Shown piece by piece: positions 1 to 8,735 of a stretch of 64,000 bases of DNA (the first letter of the stretch is position 1; each line of letters starts with the position of its first letter). Source of the stretch: Candidatus Giovannonibacteria bacterium RIFCSPLOWO2_02_FULL_45_28 (lineage in GTDB: Bacteria > Patescibacteriota > Minisyncoccia > UBA11713 > 2-01-FULL-45-33); NCBI GenBank assembly GCA_001780725.1, contig MFIM01000028.1, forward strand, positions 10,368 to 74,367, written 5' to 3'. Below the pieces are notes generated by a model. That model ran no database searches. It was not told the DNA's origin and worked only from the letters and a program-made list of their open reading frames with translations. Made by a program: the position numbers and the translations under genes.

Positions 1-300
1 ATTGATTTGTTTTGGCAACGGCAATTGTACTACAATTCCGGTGTTTTCTTTAATATGCACAATCTCTGCTAATTTCTTTCGTAATTCGTTGGTTGAAATA
101 TCAATGAGCAACCCGTAAACTCGAACATCAATCCCCACCGCGCTGCCAAATTTCTTTTTCTGCTCCAAAAATTTTTCAGCAACTTTGTCCTCGCCAACTT
201 TTATTACAGCTAGCCGTATTTTTTTATTTAATCTTAAAACCTCCGCTTTTAATTCGGCCTTAATTTCATCCGCCAATTTTTTCCCATCAATGATTGGCAT
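1..300 (-). CDS. folD: Bifunctional methylene-THF dehydrogenase/cyclohydrolase FolD, N-terminal part. The gene continues beyond the window start.
   Basis: The minus-strand translation from ATG at 298-300 reads MPIIDGKKLADEIKAELKAE..., the typical FolD N-terminus. It lies downstream of glyA on the same strand. Confidence 0.6.
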   Translation of the reverse strand, partial: MPIIDGKKLADEIKAELKAEVLRLNKKIRLAVIKVGEDKVAEKFLEQKKKFGSAVGIDVRVYGLLIDISTNELRKKLAEIVHIKENTGIVVQLPLPKQIN

Positions 301-1456
301 GCTTTTTTAAAATTTTATCTATTTTTATGGCAATTTTAATAATATCTTTTTCTTTCATTCCACTTGTCGTCACGGCTGCGGTGCCAATGCGTATGCCGGA
401 GGGATCAAACGGAGAGCGGGTGTCATAAGGAATGGTATTTTTATTTACAATAATTTTTTCTGCTTCCAAAAGCTCTTGCGCTGTCTTGCCAGAGAGTCCG
501 CGACCCCAAGTATCCACCAAAAACAAATGCGAATCTGTGCCGCCGGAAATAATCCGCCAGCCTCTTTTTTGAAGCTCTCGCGCCAAAACTCGCGCGTTTT
601 TTACTACTTGTCTCGCATGCTTTTTGAAATTCGGGCTCATGGCTTCTTTGAGACATACTGCAACCGCCGCAATCTGATTTATATGCGGCCCGCCCTGAAG
701 ACCAGGAAAAACCGATTTATTGACGGCTTCTGAAAACTCTTTTCTTAAAAAAATCATCGCAGCTCTCGGCCCTCTCAAGGTTTTGTGGGTTGTCGTTGTA
801 ACAATATCAGCGCATGGAAATGGGGGCGGATACGCGCCGCCCGCAACCAGCCCGGCGAAATGCGACATATCTATCATCAAAATCGCTTTTATTTCATCGC
901 AAATTTTCCGCAATTTTTTAAAATCAATAACTCGCGAATAAGCGGTAAATCCGGCCACTATCATTTTTGGTTTCTCGCGGCGGGCAATTTTGCGAATTTC
1001 ATCATAATCCAAAAGTTCCGTTTTTTTGCTTACTCCGAAGTGAATCCAGTTCCAAAGTTTTCCAGTCGTGCTCACCTTATGCCCATGCGTCAGGTGTCCG
1101 CCCGTTGAAAGCGACATCCCCACTATTTTTGCGCCGAGCGGTACAAGTGCCAGATAAACCGCGAGATTTGCGGGGGAGCCGGAATAAGGTTGGACGTTAA
1201 CTACCCATTTTTTATTTGGTAATTTAAAAAGTTTTAACGCGCGTTCTTTGGCCAGATTTTCAACTTTGTCAACAATCTCATTCCCGCCATAGTAGCGCTT
1301 GCCGGGATACCCTTCGGCGTATTTATTTGTAAAAACAGAACCCAAAGCCCGCAGAACATCTTTTGAAACATAATTTTCAGACGCGATTAAATTGATAGCG
1401 CCTCTCTGACGTTTTTCTTCCAACTTTATTAATCGCTCAATTTCTTTGTCTTTCAT
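287..1456 (-). CDS. glyA: Serine hydroxymethyltransferase
   Basis: The 389 aa ORF shows SHMT-like N-terminal motifs (LIASENYVS..., NKYAEGYPGKRYYGG) and a PLP-lysine region (TTTTHKTLRGPR). Confidence 0.9.
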   Translation of the reverse strand: MKDKEIERLIKLEEKRQRGAINLIASENYVSKDVLRALGSVFTNKYAEGYPGKRYYGGNEIVDKVENLAKERALKLFKLPNKKWVVNVQPYSGSPANLAVYLALVPLGAKIVGMSLSTGGHLTHGHKVSTTGKLWNWIHFGVSKKTELLDYDEIRKIARREKPKMIVAGFTAYSRVIDFKKLRKICDEIKAILMIDMSHFAGLVAGGAYPPPFPCADIVTTTTHKTLRGPRAAMIFLRKEFSEAVNKSVFPGLQGGPHINQIAAVAVCLKEAMSPNFKKHARQVVKNARVLARELQKRGWRIISGGTDSHLFLVDTWGRGLSGKTAQELLEAEKIIVNKNTIPYDTRSPFDPSGIRIGTAAVTTSGMKEKDIIKIAIKIDKILKKHANH

Positions 1457-1719
1457 TTAATTTTTTCTTTCTCGTTTAAGAACATCGTGCGTGCCAGCGC
1501 GGCGTAAAATTATCAAATTACCAGCGTGCTGAAAAGTAAAACGGTAATCGTGTGTAATTCTGGCGTACCAAATTTCCGTTCCGGGCAATTTTCTAGTTTG
1601 GAGTGATGGGTGCCGCAGTTACTTACCAAAAGTTTCAATGCTTTATCCAGAGCTTGCTGAATTTTGGCAGACAATTCGCCGTAGTCCCTTTTAAATGGCT
1701 CGGTAAAAAGCAAGCTCAC
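1457..1719 (-). pseudogene. RelE/ParE-family (YafQ/RelE-like) toxin interrupted by a -1 frameshift
   Basis: The N-terminal frame (1719 to ~1615) reads MSLLFTEPFKRDYGELSAKIQQALDKALKLLVSN. The C-terminal frame, shifted by one base, reads HPSLQTRKLPGTEIWYARITHDYRFTFQHAGNLIILRRAGTHDVLKRERKN and ends with TAA at 1457-1459, directly abutting the glyA ATG. Together the two halves rebuild a full-length RelE-like toxin. Confidence 0.6.
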
Positions 1720-1733
1720 AAAATTTAGATCAA

Positions 1734-1991
1734 TTATCGTTTTTTCTTAAGAAACAAAAGGAGTTTTTTAGAATCAGAAAACGGCCCACTTAATTTTCCG
1801 GCGCGAATAGCCGTATCGGCTTCTAATTCTTTCTTTTGCCATTCAGGGGTCCAAAACCACTCCTCACCCTTTCTAATCTGAATGGCCTTTTTTAAAACAT
1901 TAAATTCTTCGTATTCTTTCTTCGGAATTAAAACCAGCTCCCTTTCTTTCTCAAGAGACTTAGGGTTGGGAATTGTTACAACTTGATTCAT
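1734..1991 (-). CDS. Putative antitoxin of the adjacent RelE/ParE-type toxin
   Basis: This 85 aa ORF lies immediately upstream of the toxin on the same strand. It shares an N-terminal motif (V.IPKKEYEEF) with the antitoxin at 11365..11589. Confidence 0.45.
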   Translation of the reverse strand: MNQVVTIPNPKSLEKERELVLIPKKEYEEFNVLKKAIQIRKGEEWFWTPEWQKKELEADTAIRAGKLSGPFSDSKKLLLFLKKKR

Positions 1992-2033
1992 AAATTAAAT
2001 ATATCACACCCCACAAAAAAAGAAAGCCCTCAC

Positions 2034-3002
2034 TCACAAAAGCCGCGTCAATACCTTGGCGAGTTTTTGGCGCGGATTGTGGCGGATGAGGGGGCCGTCA
2101 TCCAAAAGGTCGGCTAGAATGTATTGGGGGTTTATTTTGTCAAACATTGGATGTTTGACAACTGGCGGCTCAACAAACTCCGCTCCTTCTTTTTTGTATC
2201 TTGCCAAAACCGCCTGCGGCGGTTTTTTGTTGTTAAAAATCACGAAATCCAAAACGCCGCGGCTTAAATATTTTTCCAACTCCGCCACAAAGTCTTCGGC
2301 CAGAAATCCCTGCGTTTCGCCGAATTTTGTCATAAGGTTGCAGACAAAAACTTTTTTGGCTTTGGATTTTTTGACTGCTTCCGGTATGCCGCCGACAATC
2401 AAATTAGGAATTAGGCTTGTATAAAGATCTCCTGGCCCGATAACAATAAGATCCGCCGCCAAAATCGCGCTTTTTGCCTCTGGGTTGATTCGCGCTTTGG
2501 GTTCCAGCCAAATTTTTTTGATCTTCGCGCGTATTTTCGTGCGCGGAATGTCTATATTCGCCTCTCCTTTTAAAATTTTTCCGTCAGCTAATTTTGCATA
2601 AAGCCTCACATTGTCTAAAGTAACCGGTAGCACGCCGCCCTTGATGTTTAAAATTTTGGACGCTTCGCTCACGGCGGAAGCAAAATTTCCGGTCAGCTTT
2701 TCCAGGGCGCTTAAAAAAATATTTCCGAAGCTGTGACCATCCAAATCGCCTCCGCCGAATCTGTAATTAAAAAGTTCTCTTAAGATTTCGCTAGACTCCG
2801 AAAGAGCAACCAGCGCCCTCCTTACGTCTCCCGGGGGCAGCACCCCATACTGATCGCGCAGTGTTCCGGTTGATCCGCCGTCATCAGCCATTGAAACAAT
2901 CGCGGTTAAATCAAGCCGGTATTCTTTAAGAGCAGAAAGCACCATAAATGTCCCGGTGCCGCCGCCGATTACCGCCACCTTGCATATTTTTTTATTAGGC
3001 AT
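2034..3002 (-). CDS. YvcK/CofD-family protein (UPF0052, gluconeogenesis factor-like)
   Basis: The 322 aa ORF has an N-terminal VAVIGGGTGT, then DDGGSTG...R, a pattern typical of the YvcK/CofD family. Confidence 0.7.
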   Translation of the reverse strand: MPNKKICKVAVIGGGTGTFMVLSALKEYRLDLTAIVSMADDGGSTGTLRDQYGVLPPGDVRRALVALSESSEILRELFNYRFGGGDLDGHSFGNIFLSALEKLTGNFASAVSEASKILNIKGGVLPVTLDNVRLYAKLADGKILKGEANIDIPRTKIRAKIKKIWLEPKARINPEAKSAILAADLIVIGPGDLYTSLIPNLIVGGIPEAVKKSKAKKVFVCNLMTKFGETQGFLAEDFVAELEKYLSRGVLDFVIFNNKKPPQAVLARYKKEGAEFVEPPVVKHPMFDKINPQYILADLLDDGPLIRHNPRQKLAKVLTRLL

Positions 3003-3040
3003 ATAACTATATTAGAACAAAATCAAAAAAGGAGAGTAAC

Positions 3041-3826
3041 ATGAGGCTGCGCCACGGACAACACAATGACTTAATTTCTTGGGAAAGCGAAATTTTGGGA
3101 AATGGCGTTTTACCTGTTGATGGGGCAAACGCGGAAAACTGCTATATTGAGGACACGATAAAGATAGGAGCTGGAACAAAAATATATCCGAATGTCATTA
3201 TTGTCGGCGAAGGATACATCGGAGAAGGAAGCGTTATCGGTCCCGGCAACCGTATTGAAAACCCCCGAATCGGCAAAGAGGTAAGAATGAAGCATTCTTG
3301 CGGCATAAGCCACGCCACAATAGATAATTTCACCAATGTAAGTGAATTCGTAACCATCGCCGACTTTGACGGAGTAGAAAAAAAAAGGACGTTCATTGGC
3401 TCAAAATGCATGATAGGAGTTCAAGTGAGAATTATGGGCGGCTCGCAAATAGAAGAAGAGTGTTTCGTCGCCGACGGAGCGCGCGTATCCGGATTTCTTT
3501 CTCCGCGAACCTATTTCAACTCCGAGAAAGCCTTAAAAGATCCTCAATACAGCGCGTATCACACGAATTGCGCATGGTACCTGGCTGGTTATTATCTCGC
3601 TATGCAATCTGCGGTCTTTCCTGACGAGCGCGCAGAATTCATCGAGAAAATCATGAAGCGGTGCGGGGGCGACGAAGAAATTTTTAAAAAGTGGCTCAAA
3701 ACCCCAATCATGCACATGGGCGGGCAAACGCCGCTGAAAAGCCTGAAAAAAGAAGGCGGGAAGGCAATCAAATGTCTCCTCGGAGAATGCATGCACGGCG
3801 TGCCGGAAAAAAGCGCTCAAACTTGA
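3041..3826 (+). CDS. Left-handed beta-helix (hexapeptide-repeat) acyltransferase-like protein with an unassigned ~90 aa C-terminal domain
   Basis: Hexapeptide repeats [LIV]G across residues ~40-170 resemble the GlmU C-terminal acetyltransferase. The C-terminal segment (YHTNCAWYLAGYYLA... CLLGECMHG) is Cys/His-containing and not recognised. Confidence 0.55.
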   Translation: MRLRHGQHNDLISWESEILGNGVLPVDGANAENCYIEDTIKIGAGTKIYPNVIIVGEGYIGEGSVIGPGNRIENPRIGKEVRMKHSCGISHATIDNFTNVSEFVTIADFDGVEKKRTFIGSKCMIGVQVRIMGGSQIEEECFVADGARVSGFLSPRTYFNSEKALKDPQYSAYHTNCAWYLAGYYLAMQSAVFPDERAEFIEKIMKRCGGDEEIFKKWLKTPIMHMGGQTPLKSLKKEGGKAIKCLLGECMHGVPEKSAQT

Positions 3827-3835
3827 GCGCTTTTT
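3807..3835. terminator. Bidirectional intrinsic terminator between convergent genes
   Basis: The sequence aaaaaaGCGCTCAAacTTGAGCGCttttt forms a GC stem flanked by an A-tract and a T-tract. Confidence 0.5.
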
Positions 3836-3841
3836 AAATTT

Positions 3842-4558
3842 TTATAATCCCGCGCCCCATGACACCTCTGGTATTTCTTCCCTACGGCGCAGAATTTCTT
3901 CGGCCTTTTTTAAATCTTCCGGATAGCCGATGGGGAGCCAAAAATCGGCCCTGACGGCAATAACCGCATGATCTTTGGCGAGTCTAGCCAAAGAGTCGGT
4001 AATATAATATTCGCCGTTTTCGTGTTTCCTTGCTGGATAATTAAAAATCCGGCCGTCTAAAACCTTAACTCCGGTGGATGCGAGTTTAGAAATCGGAAAT
4101 TCTGGTTTTTCCACCAAATCCAAAACTCTCCCTTTCTCGTCCGCAATGATGACTCCGAATCTTCGTGGATCCTCTACCTCTTTAACCATTATTGAAAGCG
4201 GATGCGCCAAACATTTCTTTATATCTTCTTTGGATTGCAAATCGTCTGCGTAAAGCATTAAAAATCTCTCTTCTCCCAAAAGATCCTTACAAAGCCAAAG
4301 GCCGTGGGCAGTGCCCAATTTTTCTGCCTGATGGACATAATTAATTTTAAAACGCCCGAAACGACAGCCGAAATAATTTTTTATCTGATCGCCCTTATAT
4401 CCGACAACTAAAATAATTTCGTTTATCTCCTCTGGCATTGAATCTAAAATGTGATGCAGCAGAGGCTTACCTAAAACTTCAATCATGGGTTTCGGCCGAC
4501 TCTCCGTCAACGGCCTCATCCTAATTCCCTCTCCCGCGGCTAAAATAACGGCTTTCAT
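3842..4558 (-). CDS. Sugar-1-phosphate nucleotidyltransferase (GlmU N-domain / RmlA-like)
   Basis: The N-terminus MKAVILAAGEGIRMRPLT...KPM is the NTP-transferase signature G-x-G-t-R-l-x-P-lt. Confidence 0.75.
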   Translation of the reverse strand: MKAVILAAGEGIRMRPLTESRPKPMIEVLGKPLLHHILDSMPEEINEIILVVGYKGDQIKNYFGCRFGRFKINYVHQAEKLGTAHGLWLCKDLLGEERFLMLYADDLQSKEDIKKCLAHPLSIMVKEVEDPRRFGVIIADEKGRVLDLVEKPEFPISKLASTGVKVLDGRIFNYPARKHENGEYYITDSLARLAKDHAVIAVRADFWLPIGYPEDLKKAEEILRRREEIPEVSWGAGL

Positions 4559-4840
4559 GTGCTAAATAATACTTTTTTCAACTCACATGTGTTTCCTTGC
4601 CGCACCAACCCAAGATACGAATTGGTCATCGCTGGATTTGTTTTTTCGGCCACGTTTTTAATCATCTTTTAAATTTTCGCACAAAAACTCTCTGATGGGT
4701 TTGATTTGCCTTTCGAGCCATATGTGGTCAATGCTGGCAAAAAATTTCCTGATGTCACATTTCAAAATCAAGCAGGTTTTGGTGTTGTTTTTGCTGACTT
4801 TGTATCCAAACTCCCCAAACCTGTTTATGGCTTTATGTGA

Positions 4841-5635
4841 TTATTCACCAGACTCACCTTTTATCAAAAGGTGCTGGGTCAACCCCGACCAGTCCTCTAA
4901 AGAAAGCTCCTCGGGGCGTCTATTGAATCTTGAATCATGAAGCATGAAGCTCGAATCACGCGTTTCATGTTTAATGTTACATGTTACATGTTTTAGGGAG
5001 TGGCGGAGCATTTTGCGCTTTTGCTGGAAGGCGATTTTGGCCAGCGCGAGGATTTGCTCCGACTTAGACGTCGGACGTCTAAGTGAAATTTTAATTATCG
5101 CCGAATCAACTTTTGGCGGAGGTGAAAATTGGCCTTTTGACACTTTGCGGATTATTTCAGGTTTTGCATAAAGTTGGACGGAAAGAGCCAAAAGATTCAT
5201 TTTCGGAGGTTTTGCGCAAATACGTTCCGCAACTTCTTTTTGGACCATCAGAACCATCAGTTTTGACCCAAACTCGGTTTGGGACAAAAATAGGCGTAAA
5301 AAACGGGAGGTGATGTAGTAGGGAAGGTTGGCGACCACTTTAAAATTTCCAATTTTCACTTTCCAATTTTCAATTTTTAAAATATCACCCTGAATTATCT
5401 CAACATTTTTATAATTTCGGAACCGCTCTCGCAAAATGGGAATTAATTCGCGGTCTTTTTCCACGGCAATAACCTTTTTGGCGCGCGCGGCCAAAATTTC
5501 CGTGAGTGATCCCAAACCCGGCCCCACTTCCAAAACAATATCGTTTTTGGAAATCTCCGCGGCGCGCGCCATTTCCTCCAAAATTTTTTTATTATTTAAA
5601 AAATGCTGGCCAAGGTGTTTTTTTCTATTCAACAT
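4841..5635 (-). CDS. rsmA: 16S rRNA (adenine1518/1519-N6) dimethyltransferase
   Basis: HLGQHFL, VLEVGPGLGSLTE and NLPYYI are KsgA/RsmA motifs. Confidence 0.85.
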   Translation of the reverse strand: MLNRKKHLGQHFLNNKKILEEMARAAEISKNDIVLEVGPGLGSLTEILAARAKKVIAVEKDRELIPILRERFRNYKNVEIIQGDILKIENWKVKIGNFKVVANLPYYITSRFLRLFLSQTEFGSKLMVLMVQKEVAERICAKPPKMNLLALSVQLYAKPEIIRKVSKGQFSPPPKVDSAIIKISLRRPTSKSEQILALAKIAFQQKRKMLRHSLKHVTCNIKHETRDSSFMLHDSRFNRRPEELSLEDWSGLTQHLLIKGESGE

Positions 5636-7493
5636 ATATATCTTCTTCTATTTCTTCGGGTTTATTTATATAAACCAGCAAGTGCTCCGGAATTTCAGCC
5701 AAAAACCGGGAAGGCTTGTTTGATGCTCTCTCACCGAAAATAATGCGCTGCGACGCGCAAGTAAGGTAAAGACGGTTTTTCGCGCGAGTCATCGCAACAT
5801 AGCACAGCCTCCTCTCTTCTTCTATATTCGCCGGTTCAAATGATAATATGTGCGGGAAAAGGCCTTCTTCCAAACCGACCACAAACACGGCTTCAAATTC
5901 CAAACCTTTCGCCGCGTGCATGGTCATTAAGTTGACTCTGCCGGTTTGGGAATCGTATCTATCATCAATCGCAAAAAGAGAAACGTGTTCTAAAAATTTA
6001 TCAACATCTTCCATTTGTTGCGCGAGGCCCAGCAATTCTTCTATGTTTTGCCACCTTTCCACTCCTTTTTCTGTGCCATCGTTAACATATTCGCGGTAGC
6101 CGATTTTGTGAATTATTTTTTTTAAAAATTCGTGCGGTTTCGTTCCGGCGCTCTCCGCGCGCAAACTTTCTATTAATTCGTCAAAATTTATCTTTTTTTT
6201 CTTGCGCGGAGGGACATTGGCGATTCTTTTATAGCTTATTTCATCGGCCGGATTTTGGATAAGCCGCAGATAAGCGACTAAATCTTTTATTTCTCGCCTT
6301 TCGTAAAAACGCACGCCGCCGATTATTTTATAAGGAATATTGCTGGCCAGAAAAACTTCTTCCAGCGCCCGCGATTGCGCGTTGGTCCGATAAAGAATAG
6401 CTATTTCCCCGGAGGGGATTTTGTCTTTCTGCATGGACGAAATTTCCGATGCCACCAGCTCTGCCTCGCGTTTTCCATTTTCCGCGAAAATCACGCGGAT
6501 TTGGCGCGAGCCCTGCCGCTTGGTCCAAAGATTTTTTGGCAGCCGCATTTTATTACGGACAATAACGGCGTTGGCCGCTTCCAAAATTATGTCCGTTGAA
6601 CGGTAATTTTCTTCCAAAGTAATTATTTTGGTTTCGGGATAATCTTTTTGGAAATTAAGGATATTTCTGAAATCCGCCCCGCGCCATGAATATATTGCCT
6701 GATCAACGTCGCCCACAACCAAAATGTTGCGGTGCCCGCCAGCCAAAAGCTTGGAGAGAACATATTGGACTTCGTTCGTGTCCTGATACTCGTCAATGTG
6801 TATGTAGCGCCAGCGCTCTTGGTATTTTTTTGATAAATCTGCGTCGCGCATAAGCAGCCGTGTCGGACGGAGCAGTAGATCGTCAAAATCCAGCAGGTTT
6901 TGTTTTTTGGTTTTTTCTTCATAGAGCAGCCAAACTTTTCCCAGCTGTCTTTCAAAAAAACTGCCCGCCTCGCCGTCGGGCGGGTTTTCTACAAATTCTC
7001 CCACCGATATTAGCTGGTTTTTAAGTCGCGAAATTTTATTTTTAATTCTTGAAGGATCAAATTCTTTCGGGTCAATTTTAAGTTCCAGCAAACATTCTTT
7101 TATTAATTTCAGCGAATCATCCTCGTCTAAAATGGTGAAATTTTTTCTAACCCCGATTTTTTCCAAATTCTCCCGTATTATCAAAAGTCCGAGCGCGTGA
7201 AATGTTCCTATGAATGGTTTGGAAATTGGAAATTGTAAATTGGAAATTGCGCGAATTGGCTCAATTCGCGTTCTCATTTCCCCAGCCGCCTTATTGGTGA
7301 AAGTAACGGCTAAAATTTTTTCCGGTCTCGCGCCTTTTGCTATCAGATATTTAATTCGTTCGGTGATAACCTTGGTTTTTCCGGCGCCGGCTCCTGCAAT
7401 CACCAAAACCGGCCCTTCGGTCGCTTCCACCGCCTCTTTTTGTTTGGAATTTAGCTTGTCTGCCGAAGAGGCGGGAGTTTCTTTGTCGGCCAT
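5625..7493 (-). CDS. pcrA: UvrD/PcrA/Rep-family ATP-dependent DNA helicase
   Basis: It carries Walker A AGAGAGKTKV, a TFTNKAA motif, a DEYQDTN (DExx) box, and helicase motifs V-VI (VGDVDQAIYSWRGA, MTMHAAKGLEF). Confidence 0.85.
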   Translation of the reverse strand: MADKETPASSADKLNSKQKEAVEATEGPVLVIAGAGAGKTKVITERIKYLIAKGARPEKILAVTFTNKAAGEMRTRIEPIRAISNLQFPISKPFIGTFHALGLLIIRENLEKIGVRKNFTILDEDDSLKLIKECLLELKIDPKEFDPSRIKNKISRLKNQLISVGEFVENPPDGEAGSFFERQLGKVWLLYEEKTKKQNLLDFDDLLLRPTRLLMRDADLSKKYQERWRYIHIDEYQDTNEVQYVLSKLLAGGHRNILVVGDVDQAIYSWRGADFRNILNFQKDYPETKIITLEENYRSTDIILEAANAVIVRNKMRLPKNLWTKRQGSRQIRVIFAENGKREAELVASEISSMQKDKIPSGEIAILYRTNAQSRALEEVFLASNIPYKIIGGVRFYERREIKDLVAYLRLIQNPADEISYKRIANVPPRKKKKINFDELIESLRAESAGTKPHEFLKKIIHKIGYREYVNDGTEKGVERWQNIEELLGLAQQMEDVDKFLEHVSLFAIDDRYDSQTGRVNLMTMHAAKGLEFEAVFVVGLEEGLFPHILSFEPANIEEERRLCYVAMTRAKNRLYLTCASQRIIFGERASNKPSRFLAEIPEHLLVYINKPEEIEEDIYVE

Positions 7494-7542
7494 GGGAGTA
7501 TGATAGCAATTTTGGCGGCTGTGGACATCTTTTTGTACAAGG

Positions 7543-7571
7543 TTGATTTGGGGGTGTGGAGGTGCTAGTAT
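7543..7571 (+). promoter_or_regulatory. Sigma70-like promoter for the LysM/M23 gene
   Basis: TTGATT (7543-7548), a 17 nt spacer, then TAGTAT (7566-7571), about 115 nt upstream of the start codon. Confidence 0.35.
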
Positions 7572-7686
7572 GTAATTACTGGTCGAGCCAGAAGCGATTG
7601 GCTAAAAACTGTTGCAGGATAAGGGTTTTTCCATTATTTAGACTTTAAGTTTTCATAACATTTTAAATAGAACGCATCTTAAAAGG

Positions 7687-8679
7687 GTGTTTTTGCCCGT
7701 TTTGGGCGTTTTTTTGCTTGCCGTGATTTGGGGATCTTTTACATTAACCGCTCACGCAAGCTTTTTATCATTTTTGAGCAAACTTTTGGCTGGCACTGAA
7801 GACAGCCAATCTTCTTATAATTCCCAGAATGTTCCCCTTCTAAGAGCTCCCAATGCGCTTGACCCCAAGGCTGCGACTGGAGGTGCGGTTATAAATCTGG
7901 TGGAAAATTCCTCTATTTTGCCTGTTATGGGCCCGATGGGAAGTATTGCTGACGCAGAAATGTATAAATTGGATCAGATTACTACTTATACGGTCAGGGG
8001 CGGCGACACGCTTTCCAAAATAGCAGACATGTTTGATATCAGCGTAGCTACAATTTATTGGGCCAACGATCTTAAACGCGGCGATTTGATAAAAACGGGG
8101 GATGTTTTGGTTATTTTGCCCATAACCGGATTGCAATATACGGTCAAAAAGGGAGATACAATTAAAACCGTCGCGGCCAAATACAAAAGCGACGCTCAGG
8201 AAATCATTGCTTATAATGATCTGCCCGCAGACGGTTCATTGGAAGAGGGTACGACAATTATTATTCCTGACGCGGAGCTTGCGGCTCCGCCGCAGCAGAC
8301 GGCTAGGCTGCGCGGATCTGGCGGTCCGGCGATATCCGGATACTTTATACGGCCGATTACCGGCGGGAGGAAATCGCAGGGACTCCACGGATTTAACGGA
8401 GTTGATTTGGCTGATAGTTGCGGAACGCCGATTTATGCTTCCGCTGGCGGCACCGTTTTGGTTGCGCGCACGCAGGGGTGGAACGGAGGATACGGCAGAT
8501 ATGTTGTTATTGCGCATCCCAACGGCACACAGACTGTCTATGCGCACTTGTCAGGCGTTTTTGCTTCTGTCGGGCAAAGCGTTGGCCAAGGCTTGATGAT
8601 AGGAACCATAGGTTCCACAGGTAACTCAACCGGCTGCCATGTACACTTTGAAGTCCGAGGCGCCCGACAGCCGTTTTAA
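7687..8679 (+). CDS. Secreted LysM-domain M23 family metallo-endopeptidase
   Basis: A signal/TM N-terminus, two LysM repeats (YTVRGGDTLSKIA, YTVKKGDTIKTVA), and an M23 core (GLHGFNGVDLA ... HVHFEV). Confidence 0.85.
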   Translation: MFLPVLGVFLLAVIWGSFTLTAHASFLSFLSKLLAGTEDSQSSYNSQNVPLLRAPNALDPKAATGGAVINLVENSSILPVMGPMGSIADAEMYKLDQITTYTVRGGDTLSKIADMFDISVATIYWANDLKRGDLIKTGDVLVILPITGLQYTVKKGDTIKTVAAKYKSDAQEIIAYNDLPADGSLEEGTTIIIPDAELAAPPQQTARLRGSGGPAISGYFIRPITGGRKSQGLHGFNGVDLADSCGTPIYASAGGTVLVARTQGWNGGYGRYVVIAHPNGTQTVYAHLSGVFASVGQSVGQGLMIGTIGSTGNSTGCHVHFEVRGARQPF

Positions 8680-8735
8680 TGGTTGCCGAATCGGGTTTTG
8701 GTTGCTAAGATGGCGGCAGACTGAAAGGTGCGGCG

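Noticed and set aside
4931-4990. Short tandem repeats (CATGAAG x2, ATGTTAC x2), examined as a possible repeat array.
   Set aside because: They lie inside the ksgA C-terminal coding region. Each has only two units, and no spacer-repeat periodicity is present. This is not a CRISPR array.
7210-7260. TTGGAAATTG-like repeats, with similar CCAATTTTC repeats at 5340-5370.
   Set aside because: They are low-complexity sequence within the helicase and ksgA coding regions. The repeats are short and imperfect, and there is no evidence of function.
7551-7557. GGGTGTG motif recurring in the spacers of three putative promoters, at 7551, 11643 and 23885.
   Set aside because: Three occurrences of a 7-mer in 64 kb are not clearly above chance, and the surrounding contexts differ. 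It is noted only as part of the conserved element.
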